Source: Clostridiales bacterium
GTDB taxonomy: Bacteria > Bacillota > Peptococcia > DRI-13 > UBA5745
Length of the DNA: 64,000 nucleotides
Reading direction: 5' to 3'
Assembly: GCA_009782505.1 (NCBI GenBank)
Contig: WRIW01000005.1
Span: 7,044 to 71,043, forward strand
The notes under the pieces were generated by a model. That model searched no databases. It saw only the letters and a program-made list of their open reading frames with translations, and was not told the origin of the DNA. Positions 34,425 to 43,840 of the stretch are shown piece after piece (position 1 is the stretch's first letter; the number at the start of each line of letters is the position of its first letter). Both the position numbers and the translations under genes were made by a program.

Positions 34425-35990
34425 CTAGCCGAGCCGCTCCCACTCGGCTTTGAGCCCGATGGGCCCGGTGGTGAAGCAGTAGGCCGGCATAGGTTTTACG
34501 TCGGGGGCGACGTCGGGGCGGAAAGCCATATGGGCGATGACGTCCTTCTCCACGTCCAGGCCGTCGGCGTACTCGGTGAGGGTCATCTTGCCGCCGATGA
34601 GCCGGAAGACGGCGCGCTCGGTGATGTACATGACTTCCTGCCCTTTTTGCACGGAAGCCCGGCCATTGAAGGCGATCTCCTCCACCTCCCGGACAAACTT
34701 GATGGGCTTGCCTTCCTCGATGATCTTCAGCTTGCCGTCTTCCGCCGTAGCTTTGCCGCCCTGGGTATGGGTGGACATAAACACGACCTTCTTCGTGTTT
34801 GACGCGATATTGACGAAACCTCCCGAGCCGTTAGCGCGCCCGCCGAAGCGGGTGACGTTGACGGAGCCGTCTTCCCCGATCTCCGCCGCGCTCAGGAAAG
34901 TGATATCCAGGCCGTGGCCGTTGATGAAATCAAACATGTCCTGATGAAGCATGCTGGCCGACGCGTTGAAAGCTGTAGACCACCACGGGCCGCCGCCGAT
35001 GACGCCGCCCACGGCGCCAAGCTCGATGCTCATGTGGTACATGTCTTCTATGCCTTCCAGGGGCGAGATGAATGCCACCCCCGCCGAAGCGCCCATGCCT
35101 ACGTTGGCGACGCAGCCGGGCCATAGCTCCCGGATCCCCCGCCGGGCCATGATGAGCTTGTCGTCTTTGGGTATCCAGCTCTCCAGAGGTATCATGGAGC
35201 CGTCCACACGGTGGAAGCCGTCCAGGCCGGGATGATACTTCTTCGTCATGTTCTGGATATGCCACTCGGCGGGGTCGGAGCACAGGACGATGTAGTCCAC
35301 CAGCATGCCGGGGACCTTGACGGCGGCGGCGTCTAAGGTTTTGTACTCCACGAGATTTTTCACCTGGGCGATGACGACGCCGCCGTTATTGTGGGCGGCC
35401 ATGGCCAGGGTCAGTATCTCGTGCTTGATCTGCTCCTCGTCGTCGATAAGGTTGCCCGAAGTATCCGCCGTGGTGGCACGGATGACGGCTACGTCGATGG
35501 GAGGCAGCTTGAAGTGCAGGTACTCTTCCCCGGCGACCTCCACAAGGCTTACGATAGGCTTGGCCCGGGCTTTCTCATTCAAGGCGCCGCCCAGCTGCCT
35601 GGGGTCAAGGTAGGTATGCAGCCCCGACTTGCTCAGGCAGGGCGTATCGCCGGCCTGGGCACGGAAGAGCTGGTTGCAGACGCCTTGGGTGAGGGAGTAA
35701 GCCGGGATGTTGTTCTTGTTGATCACATCGGGGATATTGGCGAAACCTCCGTAGTACACGCCCAGGAGCCCTTCCGGGGCGAACTGCCTTGTCCCGGCGT
35801 TGCCCCCGGAGTGGATGAGGCCAAGGTTCCCCGGATGGCCCGTCTCCTTGAAGCTCTTCACGATGGCGTCGATGACCTCCAGGGCTACGCCGGAAGCGTT
35901 GACGCCCCCTAGCCCGATGAAAGCCCCGTCGGGTATCTTCGCCACGGCTTCGGCAGCGGAGACCACCTTATCCGTATAATATTTCGACAT
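34425..35990 (-). CDS. acyl-CoA:acetate/3-ketoacid CoA-transferase (family I; YdiF / propionate CoA-transferase-like)
   Basis: Start moved to ATG 35990, after GGAGG. MSKYYTDKVVSAAEAVAKIPDGAFIGLGG... and the length of about 521 aa fit fused alpha/beta CoA-transferases. Confidence 0.8.
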   Translation of the reverse strand: MSKYYTDKVVSAAEAVAKIPDGAFIGLGGVNASGVALEVIDAIVKSFKETGHPGNLGLIHSGGNAGTRQFAPEGLLGVYYGGFANIPDVINKNNIPAYSLTQGVCNQLFRAQAGDTPCLSKSGLHTYLDPRQLGGALNEKARAKPIVSLVEVAGEEYLHFKLPPIDVAVIRATTADTSGNLIDDEEQIKHEILTLAMAAHNNGGVVIAQVKNLVEYKTLDAAAVKVPGMLVDYIVLCSDPAEWHIQNMTKKYHPGLDGFHRVDGSMIPLESWIPKDDKLIMARRGIRELWPGCVANVGMGASAGVAFISPLEGIEDMYHMSIELGAVGGVIGGGPWWSTAFNASASMLHQDMFDFINGHGLDITFLSAAEIGEDGSVNVTRFGGRANGSGGFVNIASNTKKVVFMSTHTQGGKATAEDGKLKIIEEGKPIKFVREVEEIAFNGRASVQKGQEVMYITERAVFRLIGGKMTLTEYADGLDVEKDVIAHMAFRPDVAPDVKPMPAYCFTTGPIGLKAEWERLG

Positions 35991-36065
35991 AGGTTTACCT
36001 CCTGAAAGTGAAGTCACAGGAAAAGAAGTCAACCGTCGCAGCGACGGCTGACCTCATCCTTATCC

Positions 36066-37025
36066 CTAGTACAGCTCGGAGAAGCCGGGCCCGATATTCT
36101 TGAAGACCAGGGTGAGCTCATTGTCGTTGAGGCGCCTCATCCCGCTCAGGCGGGCGTTCTCCGGGTTGGGGAAGGGGTACTTCATGGCGTGGAAGGCCTC
36201 GATGACGCTGATGCCCGAGCCGTGCAGCCTCTCGGCATTCATGATGCAGAAGACCATGCCCGCGGCGTTGGCTTCCGGCGGGATGGGGCCGGTGAAGCCG
36301 GTGGTGGAAGGCGGGTTGGCGGGCCTCTCCCTGCCGTCGGGGGATACGGGTACCCTGGATGGGTCGAAGCGCCCTACGCCCGGGGGTATCATGCAGAATA
36401 CGCCGACTCCGCTTTCGCTATAGGGGCCGACTTCGTTGGCCAGGGACATGGTGATGGAGGTGGCCGCAGCCTTGCCGGCGGTGTACATGGCGCCGCCGAT
36501 CATGGGCGGGGAGTAGTGGAACTGGGTGGTGCTGTATACGACCACGCCGTGCTTGCGCTCAAGCATAGCCGGGACGAATTCCTTGATGGTGAGCATGGTG
36601 CCCCGCGCCGATATGGCGTAGGACTGCTCCAAATCGCTCACCGGGGAACCCAGCACGGGGCCGTTGAGAGCCAGGTTCATGGCGTTGTTGATAAGGATAT
36701 CCACTTTGCCGAACTTATCGAAAGCTTGCTTGGCGAGGTTCTTCACATCGCTCTCCAGGGTCACGTCGCACTTCACGAACAGGGCGGTGCCGGGGGAGTT
36801 TTCCGCGTCGATGACCCGTACGATCTCGGCGCCGGCTTTCTCATTCCTGCCGGAGACCACGACCTTGCCCCCCGCCCAGGCGATGGCGCGGACGAATCCG
36901 AGGCCGATGTTGCTGGTGCTGCCCGTGACCACCGCCACTTCGTCCTTGAGGGAATCCTTCTTGATGCAAGTGTTGGACAAGTCCATGGGTTCTATGTTTA
37001 AAAATGTCTCGATGTTTGCTGCCAT
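36066..37025 (-). CDS. SDR-family oxidoreductase
   Basis: Rossmann motif VAVVTGSTSNIGLG, NNA, and an active-site Y..GK context (YTAGKAA). RBS GGAGGG. Confidence 0.85.
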   Translation of the reverse strand: MAANIETFLNIEPMDLSNTCIKKDSLKDEVAVVTGSTSNIGLGFVRAIAWAGGKVVVSGRNEKAGAEIVRVIDAENSPGTALFVKCDVTLESDVKNLAKQAFDKFGKVDILINNAMNLALNGPVLGSPVSDLEQSYAISARGTMLTIKEFVPAMLERKHGVVVYSTTQFHYSPPMIGGAMYTAGKAAATSITMSLANEVGPYSESGVGVFCMIPPGVGRFDPSRVPVSPDGRERPANPPSTTGFTGPIPPEANAAGMVFCIMNAERLHGSGISVIEAFHAMKYPFPNPENARLSGMRRLNDNELTLVFKNIGPGFSELY

Positions 37026-37099
37026 AACACAGCCCTCCTATCAATCGTTTGCCCTAAGCATAGCACAGCAGGGCGGCGGGGGCAATGCGAAAAAAACAC

Positions 37100-37157
37100 T
37101 TGACAGGGGAAAACTGGCGGGTTATAATGACTTTAGGGTCACATGACTCTAAGGTCA
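37100..37157 (+). promoter_or_regulatory. consensus sigma-70 promoter plus two tandem TGAC-N6-GTCA operators
   Basis: TTGACA (37100-37105), 17 nt, TATAAT (37123-37128). The operators are TGACTTTAGGGTCA (37128-37141) and TGACTCTAAGGTCA (37144-37157). Confidence 0.75.
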
Positions 37158-37177
37158 TAACGTACAGGATAACGACG

Positions 37178-37792
37178 ATGCCAAAACAGACTTTCTTTAA
37201 TCTACCCCCGGACAAACGCGAGGTGATTGAGCAGGCCGCCCTGGACGAGTTCGCGGAGTATGGGTTCGACAACTCAAACATGAACCGTATCGTATCCCAG
37301 AGCAGGATCGCGAAAGGCAGTTTTTATCAATACTTCGAGGATAAGAAGGACCTGTATTTCCATCTCATCGACGTCATCGTCAGCGAAAAGATGAGTATGC
37401 TGGAACCCCTGATCAGCACCTATGAGCGAAACGGTTTCTCCTACAATTTTAAGGAAACCTTCCGGATCGGTCTTGCCTTCGCCGACTCGAAGCCGAAGTA
37501 TTACCTGCTGGGGGAGGACTTCGCCAATAAGCAGCCGCCTTTCATCAAGGAGTTTATCGAGAAATACGACCCCCTGGCGACGGACGTATATACAAAAATG
37601 CTGGAGTACGCCCGGGAGAAGGACGAATTGCTGGAGGATATCAATATCCCCCTCATCGCTTCATTTATCAGCCCCCTGGTCAACGAGACCACCATCGGCC
37701 TGATCACGAGAGCCGTGCCGAAAGAGCAGCGCGACTATGTCATAGGGGAGCTCATCGGATTTATCGAACGTGCGGTATTAAAGCATAAATGA
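37178..37792 (+). CDS. TetR/AcrR-family transcriptional regulator
   Basis: Start at ATG 37178. The HTH region is EVIEQAALDEFAEYGFDNSNMNRIVSQSRIAKGSFYQYFEDKKDLY. Confidence 0.9.
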   Translation: MPKQTFFNLPPDKREVIEQAALDEFAEYGFDNSNMNRIVSQSRIAKGSFYQYFEDKKDLYFHLIDVIVSEKMSMLEPLISTYERNGFSYNFKETFRIGLAFADSKPKYYLLGEDFANKQPPFIKEFIEKYDPLATDVYTKMLEYAREKDELLEDINIPLIASFISPLVNETTIGLITRAVPKEQRDYVIGELIGFIERAVLKHK

Positions 37793-37916
37793 ATATCAAC
37801 CCGGTCGGCGGCGGAAGCCGTGTCGAGTCTTGGCTTTAAGGGTGGGGAAGCCGGTTTGTCCGGCGCCCCGCCTTTTTGCATAGATTATATCAATAACGAG
37901 GTAGGAGGGATATCCA

Positions 37917-38813
37917 ATGGCGGGATTAAGCCTTGAAACCGTACATATGTCGAAGAAGTTCGGCAAGTTCACCGCCCTGAGCGGCATCGACCTGAAGGTG
38001 AATGAAGGGGAGGTATTCGGCTACATCGGGCCCAACGGGGCCGGCAAGACGACGACGATACGCGTACTGCTGGGCATACTCCGGGCGACGGAGGGGAGCG
38101 CGAAGGTATTCGGCATGGACGCCTGGAAAGACGCCGTGGAGATACATAAGAGGATAGCTTACGTGCCCGGCGACGTGAACCTGTGGCCCAACCTCACGGG
38201 AGGGGAGGTCATCGACCTCTTCGTCAGCCTGCGGGGGAAGCATGACAAAGCCCGCCGGGAGAAGCTATTAAATATGTATGATTTAGACCCGTCGAAGAAG
38301 TGCCGGACTTATTCGAAGGGAAACAGGCAGAAAGTAGCCCTTGTGGCGGCTTTCGCCTCGGAGGTGGACCTCTTCATCCTGGACGAGCCCACCAGCGGCC
38401 TGGACCCCCTCATGGAGCAGGTCTTCCAGGAGTGCGTGCTGGAGCAGAAGGGCAGGGGCAAGGGGATATTTCTCTCCAGCCATATCCTCTCCGAAGTGGA
38501 ACGCCTCTGCGACAGGGTAGGCATCATCCGGGAGGGCAGGCTTGTGGAGACGGGCACGCTCAGTGAGCTGCGCCACCTGACCCGGATCAACATCACCGTG
38601 GAGACAGAGAGGCAGATCGAAGGCCTTGAAGAGGTAAACGGGGTGCACGGCGTACACGAGTCGCAGGGCGGCTTATCCTTCCAGGTGGACTCGGCGGAGC
38701 TTGGGGGCGTCGTATCCCATATCTCCCGGTACGGCGTGAAGAAGCTGGAAAGCATGCCCCCCACCCTGGAGGATCTCTTTATCCGCCACTACGACGTGAA
38801 CGGGGGCGAGTGA
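37917..38813 (+). CDS. ABC transporter ATP-binding protein (ABC-2 exporter type)
   Basis: Walker A GPNGAGKTT, signature YSKGNRQK and Walker B LFILDEPTSGLD. Confidence 0.92.
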   Translation: MAGLSLETVHMSKKFGKFTALSGIDLKVNEGEVFGYIGPNGAGKTTTIRVLLGILRATEGSAKVFGMDAWKDAVEIHKRIAYVPGDVNLWPNLTGGEVIDLFVSLRGKHDKARREKLLNMYDLDPSKKCRTYSKGNRQKVALVAAFASEVDLFILDEPTSGLDPLMEQVFQECVLEQKGRGKGIFLSSHILSEVERLCDRVGIIREGRLVETGTLSELRHLTRINITVETERQIEGLEEVNGVHGVHESQGGLSFQVDSAELGGVVSHISRYGVKKLESMPPTLEDLFIRHYDVNGGE

Positions 38814-38814
38814 C

Positions 38815-40458
38815 ATGCGCGGGAATTTTGATAACATGGGCAGGCTCGTCCGCTTTATGCTGAAGCGGGAGCGGGTCATCTCGACTCTGTGGATCGTCAT
38901 CCTGGTGTTGTTTTCCATGGGCGTTGCCCCGGCCATGGACAGTATGTTTTCCGAACCGGGCGCCAGGCAGCAGTTCGCCGAATCCTTTAATAATCCCGTG
39001 ATGATCGCCATCATGGGACCGGTATACGGCTTGGAGAACTATACCTCCGGCGCTATGTACGGGGGGATGATGCTGCTATGGATCGTCATCGCTGTGGCTG
39101 TGATGAATATCTTCCTTGCTGTGCGTCATACCCGGGGGGACGAGGAGCTGGGCAGGGTAGAGGTGGTCAGATCCCTTCCTACGGGAAGGCTTGCCGTGCT
39201 GGGCGCGACCATGATCACCGCCGTGGTGGTAAATATTGTGCTTGCCCTGCTGCTGGGCGCCGCCCTTGCCATGGTGGGCGTGGAAAGCATGGGGCTTGCG
39301 GAGTCCATGCTCTTTGGCGTGACCGCAGGCGCCTCCGGCCTGGTTTTCGCGGCTATCGCCGCCGTATTCGCTCAGCTGTCCTCAAACAGGAGCGGCGCTA
39401 CCGGCCTGTCCTTCCTGACTCTTGGCCTGTGCTACATATTACGAGCCGCCGGGGACATGCAGGGCAGCGAGCTGCTGGCTTGCGTCAGCACCCTGGGGCT
39501 TCTCCAGCGCGTCCAGGTCTATGTGGGAAACTACTTATGGCCTGTGGCTCTCATCCTGGCGGAAGCCGCGGCCCTGACCGCAGCCGCCTGCGCTCTTAAT
39601 GGAGTCCGCGACCTGGGCCAGGGGTTCATCCCCGCGCGGCCGGGCAGGCGGGAAGCGCCCAGGAGCCTGCTTTCGCCCTTTGGGCTGGCGCTGCGGCTCC
39701 TGCGCAATATGCTTATCATCTGGATCATCGTCATGTGCTGCCTGGCTGCTTCCTACGGCTCCGTCATCGCCGACATCCCCAATTTCGTGGGCGACAGCCC
39801 CGACTACCTGCAAGTCATCGGCATACCGGCAGCCATAGTAAACAGCATGACCGACGCGGATAAGGCGCAGATCATCGTGGACTACTTCGGCTTATTTGTG
39901 ATCACCATGATGACCTTAGTGTGCTTCATCCCGGTACTCAACGCGATACTGAAGTTCCGCGGGGAGGAGAAGGAGGGGCGCTCGGAGCAGATATATGCCC
40001 TGGCTGTGCCCCGGGTGAAGTATCTATCCGGCTACATCATCCTGACCTTCGCGGCTAGCGTGCTTGTCCAGTTCGCTTCCGCCGTCGGGCTGTACTCGGC
40101 GACCTCCATGCTTGAGCAAAATCCATTTGTCTTCGGCGCCCTGACGAAAGCTTTCCTGGTCTATCTCCCCGCCATGTGGGTGCTTATCGGGCTCGCGGTG
40201 CTGGTCATCGGTTTGGCCCCGAAAGCCACCGGGGCCGTATGGGGGTTCTTCGGCTTTGTCTTCGCTGTATCATTCCTGGCAGGTATGCCCGGCTTGCTGC
40301 CGGAGTGGCTGCAAAAGGTATCGCCCATGAAGCATATCCCCAGGCTGCCCTTAGATGAGATGAGCTTCACGCCGCTGATTATATTGACGGCTATCGCCGC
40401 GATCCTCACCGCTGTCGGCGTCGTATGCTACCACAGGCGGGATATGGTCACGGCATAG
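38815..40458 (+). CDS. ABC-2-type exporter permease (12-TM fused form)
   Basis: 547 aa and highly hydrophobic. Starts 1 nt after the ATPase stop. Confidence 0.8.
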   Translation: MRGNFDNMGRLVRFMLKRERVISTLWIVILVLFSMGVAPAMDSMFSEPGARQQFAESFNNPVMIAIMGPVYGLENYTSGAMYGGMMLLWIVIAVAVMNIFLAVRHTRGDEELGRVEVVRSLPTGRLAVLGATMITAVVVNIVLALLLGAALAMVGVESMGLAESMLFGVTAGASGLVFAAIAAVFAQLSSNRSGATGLSFLTLGLCYILRAAGDMQGSELLACVSTLGLLQRVQVYVGNYLWPVALILAEAAALTAAACALNGVRDLGQGFIPARPGRREAPRSLLSPFGLALRLLRNMLIIWIIVMCCLAASYGSVIADIPNFVGDSPDYLQVIGIPAAIVNSMTDADKAQIIVDYFGLFVITMMTLVCFIPVLNAILKFRGEEKEGRSEQIYALAVPRVKYLSGYIILTFAASVLVQFASAVGLYSATSMLEQNPFVFGALTKAFLVYLPAMWVLIGLAVLVIGLAPKATGAVWGFFGFVFAVSFLAGMPGLLPEWLQKVSPMKHIPRLPLDEMSFTPLIILTAIAAILTAVGVVCYHRRDMVTA

Positions 40459-40515
40459 GCCGGCAGGAGCTATCGGCCTGGCTTCATCCGGGGCGGCCAC
40501 CCGCTCCGGGTGAAG

Positions 40516-42087
40516 TCAGCAGCCGTATACCGTCACCGTCTTGCCGGCGAGGCTTTCTTTTTTGATATACAGTTTATCATCCCATGACAGGTTTTGCGTC
40601 TGGTCAAACAATACCAGCCAACCCTCGGCGCAACCCAATGTATCCATATAACCCGCCGTTTGCTCGACGCCTTTCCCATAGGTCCCGTCGTCGCGGCGGA
40701 TTTTCAGCTCCACCGGGTACTTGCGGCCCCGGTACACGACGCAGATATCCGTACGGCCGGTACCTGCCGCCATCTCCCGCTGTATCTGACCCCCGCCGTT
40801 TACGACGCGCTGCAGGAATGCCTGCAAAACAAGCTGCGGAGCCGCTTCCTGGTAGTCATACTTCTTGCGCCAGATGCTTTCGTTCTCCCGCCAGAAAACC
40901 TGGAAATCCCTTAATAATGCGTCCATGTCTACTACGCCGTCTTTCAGGTACTTTGGGATAAGGTAGGCGTCCTTGTCTTTCTCGATTTCCATCTGGGTAT
41001 CCTGGTTCAGCGTCCGGATGATGACCTCGCCATAGATAGGATTGGCGGGTTCAGTCCGTCCGCGGTCGTCCCGGATGAGGCCCAAATCTTTAACATAACT
41101 ATAGTCGTCGGAATTACGCGTGATCGCCGCTTCTTTGCCGATGATGACCGGCTCGATGATCCTCCTCACGCGCTCCTCCCTCAGCCGCGCCGTCAGGGAA
41201 TCAAAATGCGCGTCCCGGCGCAAGATCAATGCTTGAATGGCTTCAGAAGCCATGGCGCCGGTGACGGGCGCCTGGGCGGCGCCGGTGGAGATAGACTTTA
41301 CGACCAGTTTTGCCACAGCGTTGACCAGCCAGGGCTGGCCCTGGGTCTGCTCCCATATCCGATCCACCGCGGCATCGAGGAAAGCCTGCCCTGTGTCCGC
41401 CGTATACTGGGCGTACAACCCGGCGATCTGCCCTCTTGTGAAGTTCTGCAGAACAAAGGTCTCCGCTACGATGTTGAACGGGCTGGCGCTCCCCAGCGTC
41501 TGATCCGGCTGCCTGTATTCGTCCCGGTAGTCGCGGATATTCCGCATCCCCGTCAACGCCAGGGAGTGGATAAAGGGGACATAGGCACGATTTACGTATC
41601 CGTTGCGCAGCTGCCGCAGGAAGGCGATAAGGGTGGCGCCGCTGAGGCAGTCGGCTTCGTCGAATAGCAATACCAGAGGTTTATCCAGTTGGCGGCAATA
41701 GGCTTCAAGGGCGTTCTGAAACGCATTATATGGGTCGCCATAGTCTACGCCCTCGGCAAAAGACGCCGAGCCCGGCAGGGAGTACCTTGCCAAGGAGCTT
41801 TTTACGGTTTTTACGATAGCCGGTATGCCCTCGGCCGCGTCGGCTAAGCCTTCGAGGTTCTCCAACGAACAGTATAAGGCGTAATGGTTCCCGCCGGCGT
41901 TGACTTGCGTGGCTAAAGCTTGCAACAGGGTGGTCTTGCCGCTCTGCCTGGCGGCATGGATGACGAAATACTTTCCTCCGCCGATAAGGGGGAGTAGCTC
42001 CCTGTCCAACCCACGCAAAGCGTCAATCATATAATGCTCTAACGAGTTACACGGCCCTTCCGCGTTGAATGAACGAAGCTGCACCAT
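40516..42087 (-). CDS. P-loop NTPase fused to a C-terminal PD-(D/E)XK nuclease-like domain
   Basis: Walker A HAARQSGKTTLL and Walker B LVLLFDEAD. The C-terminus GRTDICVVYRGRKYPVELKI has a D...E-x-K nuclease signature. Confidence 0.75.
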   Translation of the reverse strand: MVQLRSFNAEGPCNSLEHYMIDALRGLDRELLPLIGGGKYFVIHAARQSGKTTLLQALATQVNAGGNHYALYCSLENLEGLADAAEGIPAIVKTVKSSLARYSLPGSASFAEGVDYGDPYNAFQNALEAYCRQLDKPLVLLFDEADCLSGATLIAFLRQLRNGYVNRAYVPFIHSLALTGMRNIRDYRDEYRQPDQTLGSASPFNIVAETFVLQNFTRGQIAGLYAQYTADTGQAFLDAAVDRIWEQTQGQPWLVNAVAKLVVKSISTGAAQAPVTGAMASEAIQALILRRDAHFDSLTARLREERVRRIIEPVIIGKEAAITRNSDDYSYVKDLGLIRDDRGRTEPANPIYGEVIIRTLNQDTQMEIEKDKDAYLIPKYLKDGVVDMDALLRDFQVFWRENESIWRKKYDYQEAAPQLVLQAFLQRVVNGGGQIQREMAAGTGRTDICVVYRGRKYPVELKIRRDDGTYGKGVEQTAGYMDTLGCAEGWLVLFDQTQNLSWDDKLYIKKESLAGKTVTVYGC

Positions 42088-42090
42088 GTC

Positions 42091-42843
42091 TCAGCCCCCT
42101 TTCAGCACGGCTTCACCGCCGAGGCTCATCTCGATATCGTCCCTGCCCAGGAACGCGAAGGCCGCTTCCACGACAGCCTTGCCGCATATATTCGCGTATT
42201 TCTTCACCATGGTGATGTCGTAGAGGTTATTGAGCTCGGAGAATATGGAAGTCTTGGTGAACTTCGACACGCCGGTGATGAAGACGAGCCTCAGGTAGCG
42301 GTCCATAGACTTGAGTATACCGTAGAATCCCTTGATGACCGCGCGGTTGGCTTCCGTAGCCTCGACGTCGGTGAGGTGATCCAGAATGGGCTTGTCGTAT
42401 TCGTCGATGAGCACGACGACCTTTTGGTCGTTTTTTTTATATAAGGCTTCGATCAGGCCTTTAAATAAATCCGCCGCTTTCCCGGGGGCGGGGTCGAAGC
42501 CGTTGGCTTTATAATGTCTTCGCAACTCAAAGGAAAGGGATTCGTCAAACACTTCCGGCGTACTATTTTGAACGCCGCTCATATCCAGCAGTATCACAGG
42601 ATGCATAGGGAAATCGTAATCTGAATCGTAAATCCACAGACCTTTAAAAAGCTCTTTGTCGCCGCTGAAAGCCTCGGCTATGGTGTCCAGCAAGAGCGAC
42701 TTTCCAAACCGCCTGGGGCGGGACAGGAAGTAGCAGCCCGCGGCGTGGATGACGTCATAGATATATTTGGTTTTATCGGCGTAAACACTATTGTCTTCGA
42801 CGATTTTACGAAAGGTTTGTACCCCTAATGGCAGTTTTTTCAT
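42091..42843 (-). CDS. AAA-ATPase_like (PF09820-type) N-terminal domain protein, apparently truncated
   Basis: MKKLPLGVQTFRKIVEDNSVYADKTKYIYD...LSRPRRFGKSLLLDT...VVLIDEYDKP...FITGVSKFTKTSIFSELNNL is the family N-domain. Full-length members carry a C-terminal PDDEXK_9 domain that is missing here. The stop lies 3 nt before the next gene. Confidence 0.65.
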   Translation of the reverse strand: MKKLPLGVQTFRKIVEDNSVYADKTKYIYDVIHAAGCYFLSRPRRFGKSLLLDTIAEAFSGDKELFKGLWIYDSDYDFPMHPVILLDMSGVQNSTPEVFDESLSFELRRHYKANGFDPAPGKAADLFKGLIEALYKKNDQKVVVLIDEYDKPILDHLTDVEATEANRAVIKGFYGILKSMDRYLRLVFITGVSKFTKTSIFSELNNLYDITMVKKYANICGKAVVEAAFAFLGRDDIEMSLGGEAVLKGG

Positions 42844-42953
42844 GGCGCGTCACCCCTTCGCATATATCATACCACAACCGGGCGTTTTTCACATCAGGGG
42901 ATCAAGTTGAAGCAAAGGATAAATAAGTTGCGCCAACGAATTCCTTGTGTATA

Positions 42954-42982
42954 TTGCGACAAGTAATAAATTTTGTTATACT
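42954..42982 (+). promoter_or_regulatory. promoter of the MNT-HEPN module
   Basis: TTGCGA (42954-42959), 17 nt, extended -10 TGtTATACT (42974-42982). Confidence 0.5.
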
Positions 42983-43007
42983 TTGTTTGTATTGGAGATT
43001 AGTGCAT

Positions 43008-43391
43008 ATGAAAAAAATTATCGATTTAAATGAACTCAATCTGCCTGAAAAGCAAAGAGGCTTTTTACAGTTTTTCCTTACTAGGATTTCGGCTACCGAC
43101 ATCGTTGAAAGGATAATTCTTTTTGGGAGTTGCGCAAAGGGAAATCTACACAGATATAGCGATATAGATATTTTTATCGTTACTAATCGTGAACCAACGA
43201 TTAATGATGAGATTTTCTTAATGGCTGATTGTCCGCCTGACTACACGAATGAGTACTACCTACAGGCGGATATTATCATTAAGCCGATTGAGAATTATGA
43301 GAAACATAAAAATGAAATGGGTATGGTACAAAAATACGTAGAACTGGAAGGGGTTGACTTAACTGGACTATTATCAAAACGCGCTGGATAA
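43008..43391 (+). CDS. minimal nucleotidyltransferase (MNT) antitoxin-type protein
   Basis: Start at ATG 43008. NTase motif ILFGSCAKGNLHRYSDIDIFIV. The gene is AT-rich. Confidence 0.8.
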   Translation: MKKIIDLNELNLPEKQRGFLQFFLTRISATDIVERIILFGSCAKGNLHRYSDIDIFIVTNREPTINDEIFLMADCPPDYTNEYYLQADIIIKPIENYEKHKNEMGMVQKYVELEGVDLTGLLSKRAG

Positions 43392-43455
43392 TGAAGCGAT
43401 TGCAAGACTGTCCTATGGCTATGGCAAGTATCAGGTTAGCATCGCATTAGCGTGT

Positions 43456-43770
43456 TTGTCTATTGAGCTTTTCCTAAAGTCAGTACTCAATCGTGTTGAG
43501 CACGACGTCGAATTGGAAAATAGTCATGACGTCATCAATATATACCGCTGCATCATCAAACGTTATCAATCGGAAAATGATTTATTGCCATGCCTGGTTA
43601 TTAGCCGAAAATATTTCAATGAAGCCAGATATCCTGTGTCAGATTCATCAGCTTATACGAAAGAGTTTTGCGAGGAGATTCTCAATTACATTGACTTAAT
43701 TAAAAGCTTTATCGACAAAGACTGTAATGCCAGCCTTGATGACTTGAGTAGGAGATTCGAGAAGTTGTAG
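43456..43770 (+). CDS. HEPN-domain protein (toxin partner of MNT); N-terminus unresolved
   Basis: SIELFLKSVL...SHDVINIY...ARYP is a HEPN pattern. The frame stays open upstream to 43363 and encodes NEAIARLSYGYGKYQVSIALAC, but with no ATG, GTG or TTG. An ATG at 43391 is in another frame. Confidence 0.6.
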   Translation: MSIELFLKSVLNRVEHDVELENSHDVINIYRCIIKRYQSENDLLPCLVISRKYFNEARYPVSDSSAYTKEFCEEILNYIDLIKSFIDKDCNASLDDLSRRFEKL

Positions 43771-43840
43771 GACGAAATCAGCAGATTCGAATGAGCGATA
43801 GAAGCGAGGTTTCATACATCACTAAATGGAGGCGGATAGA

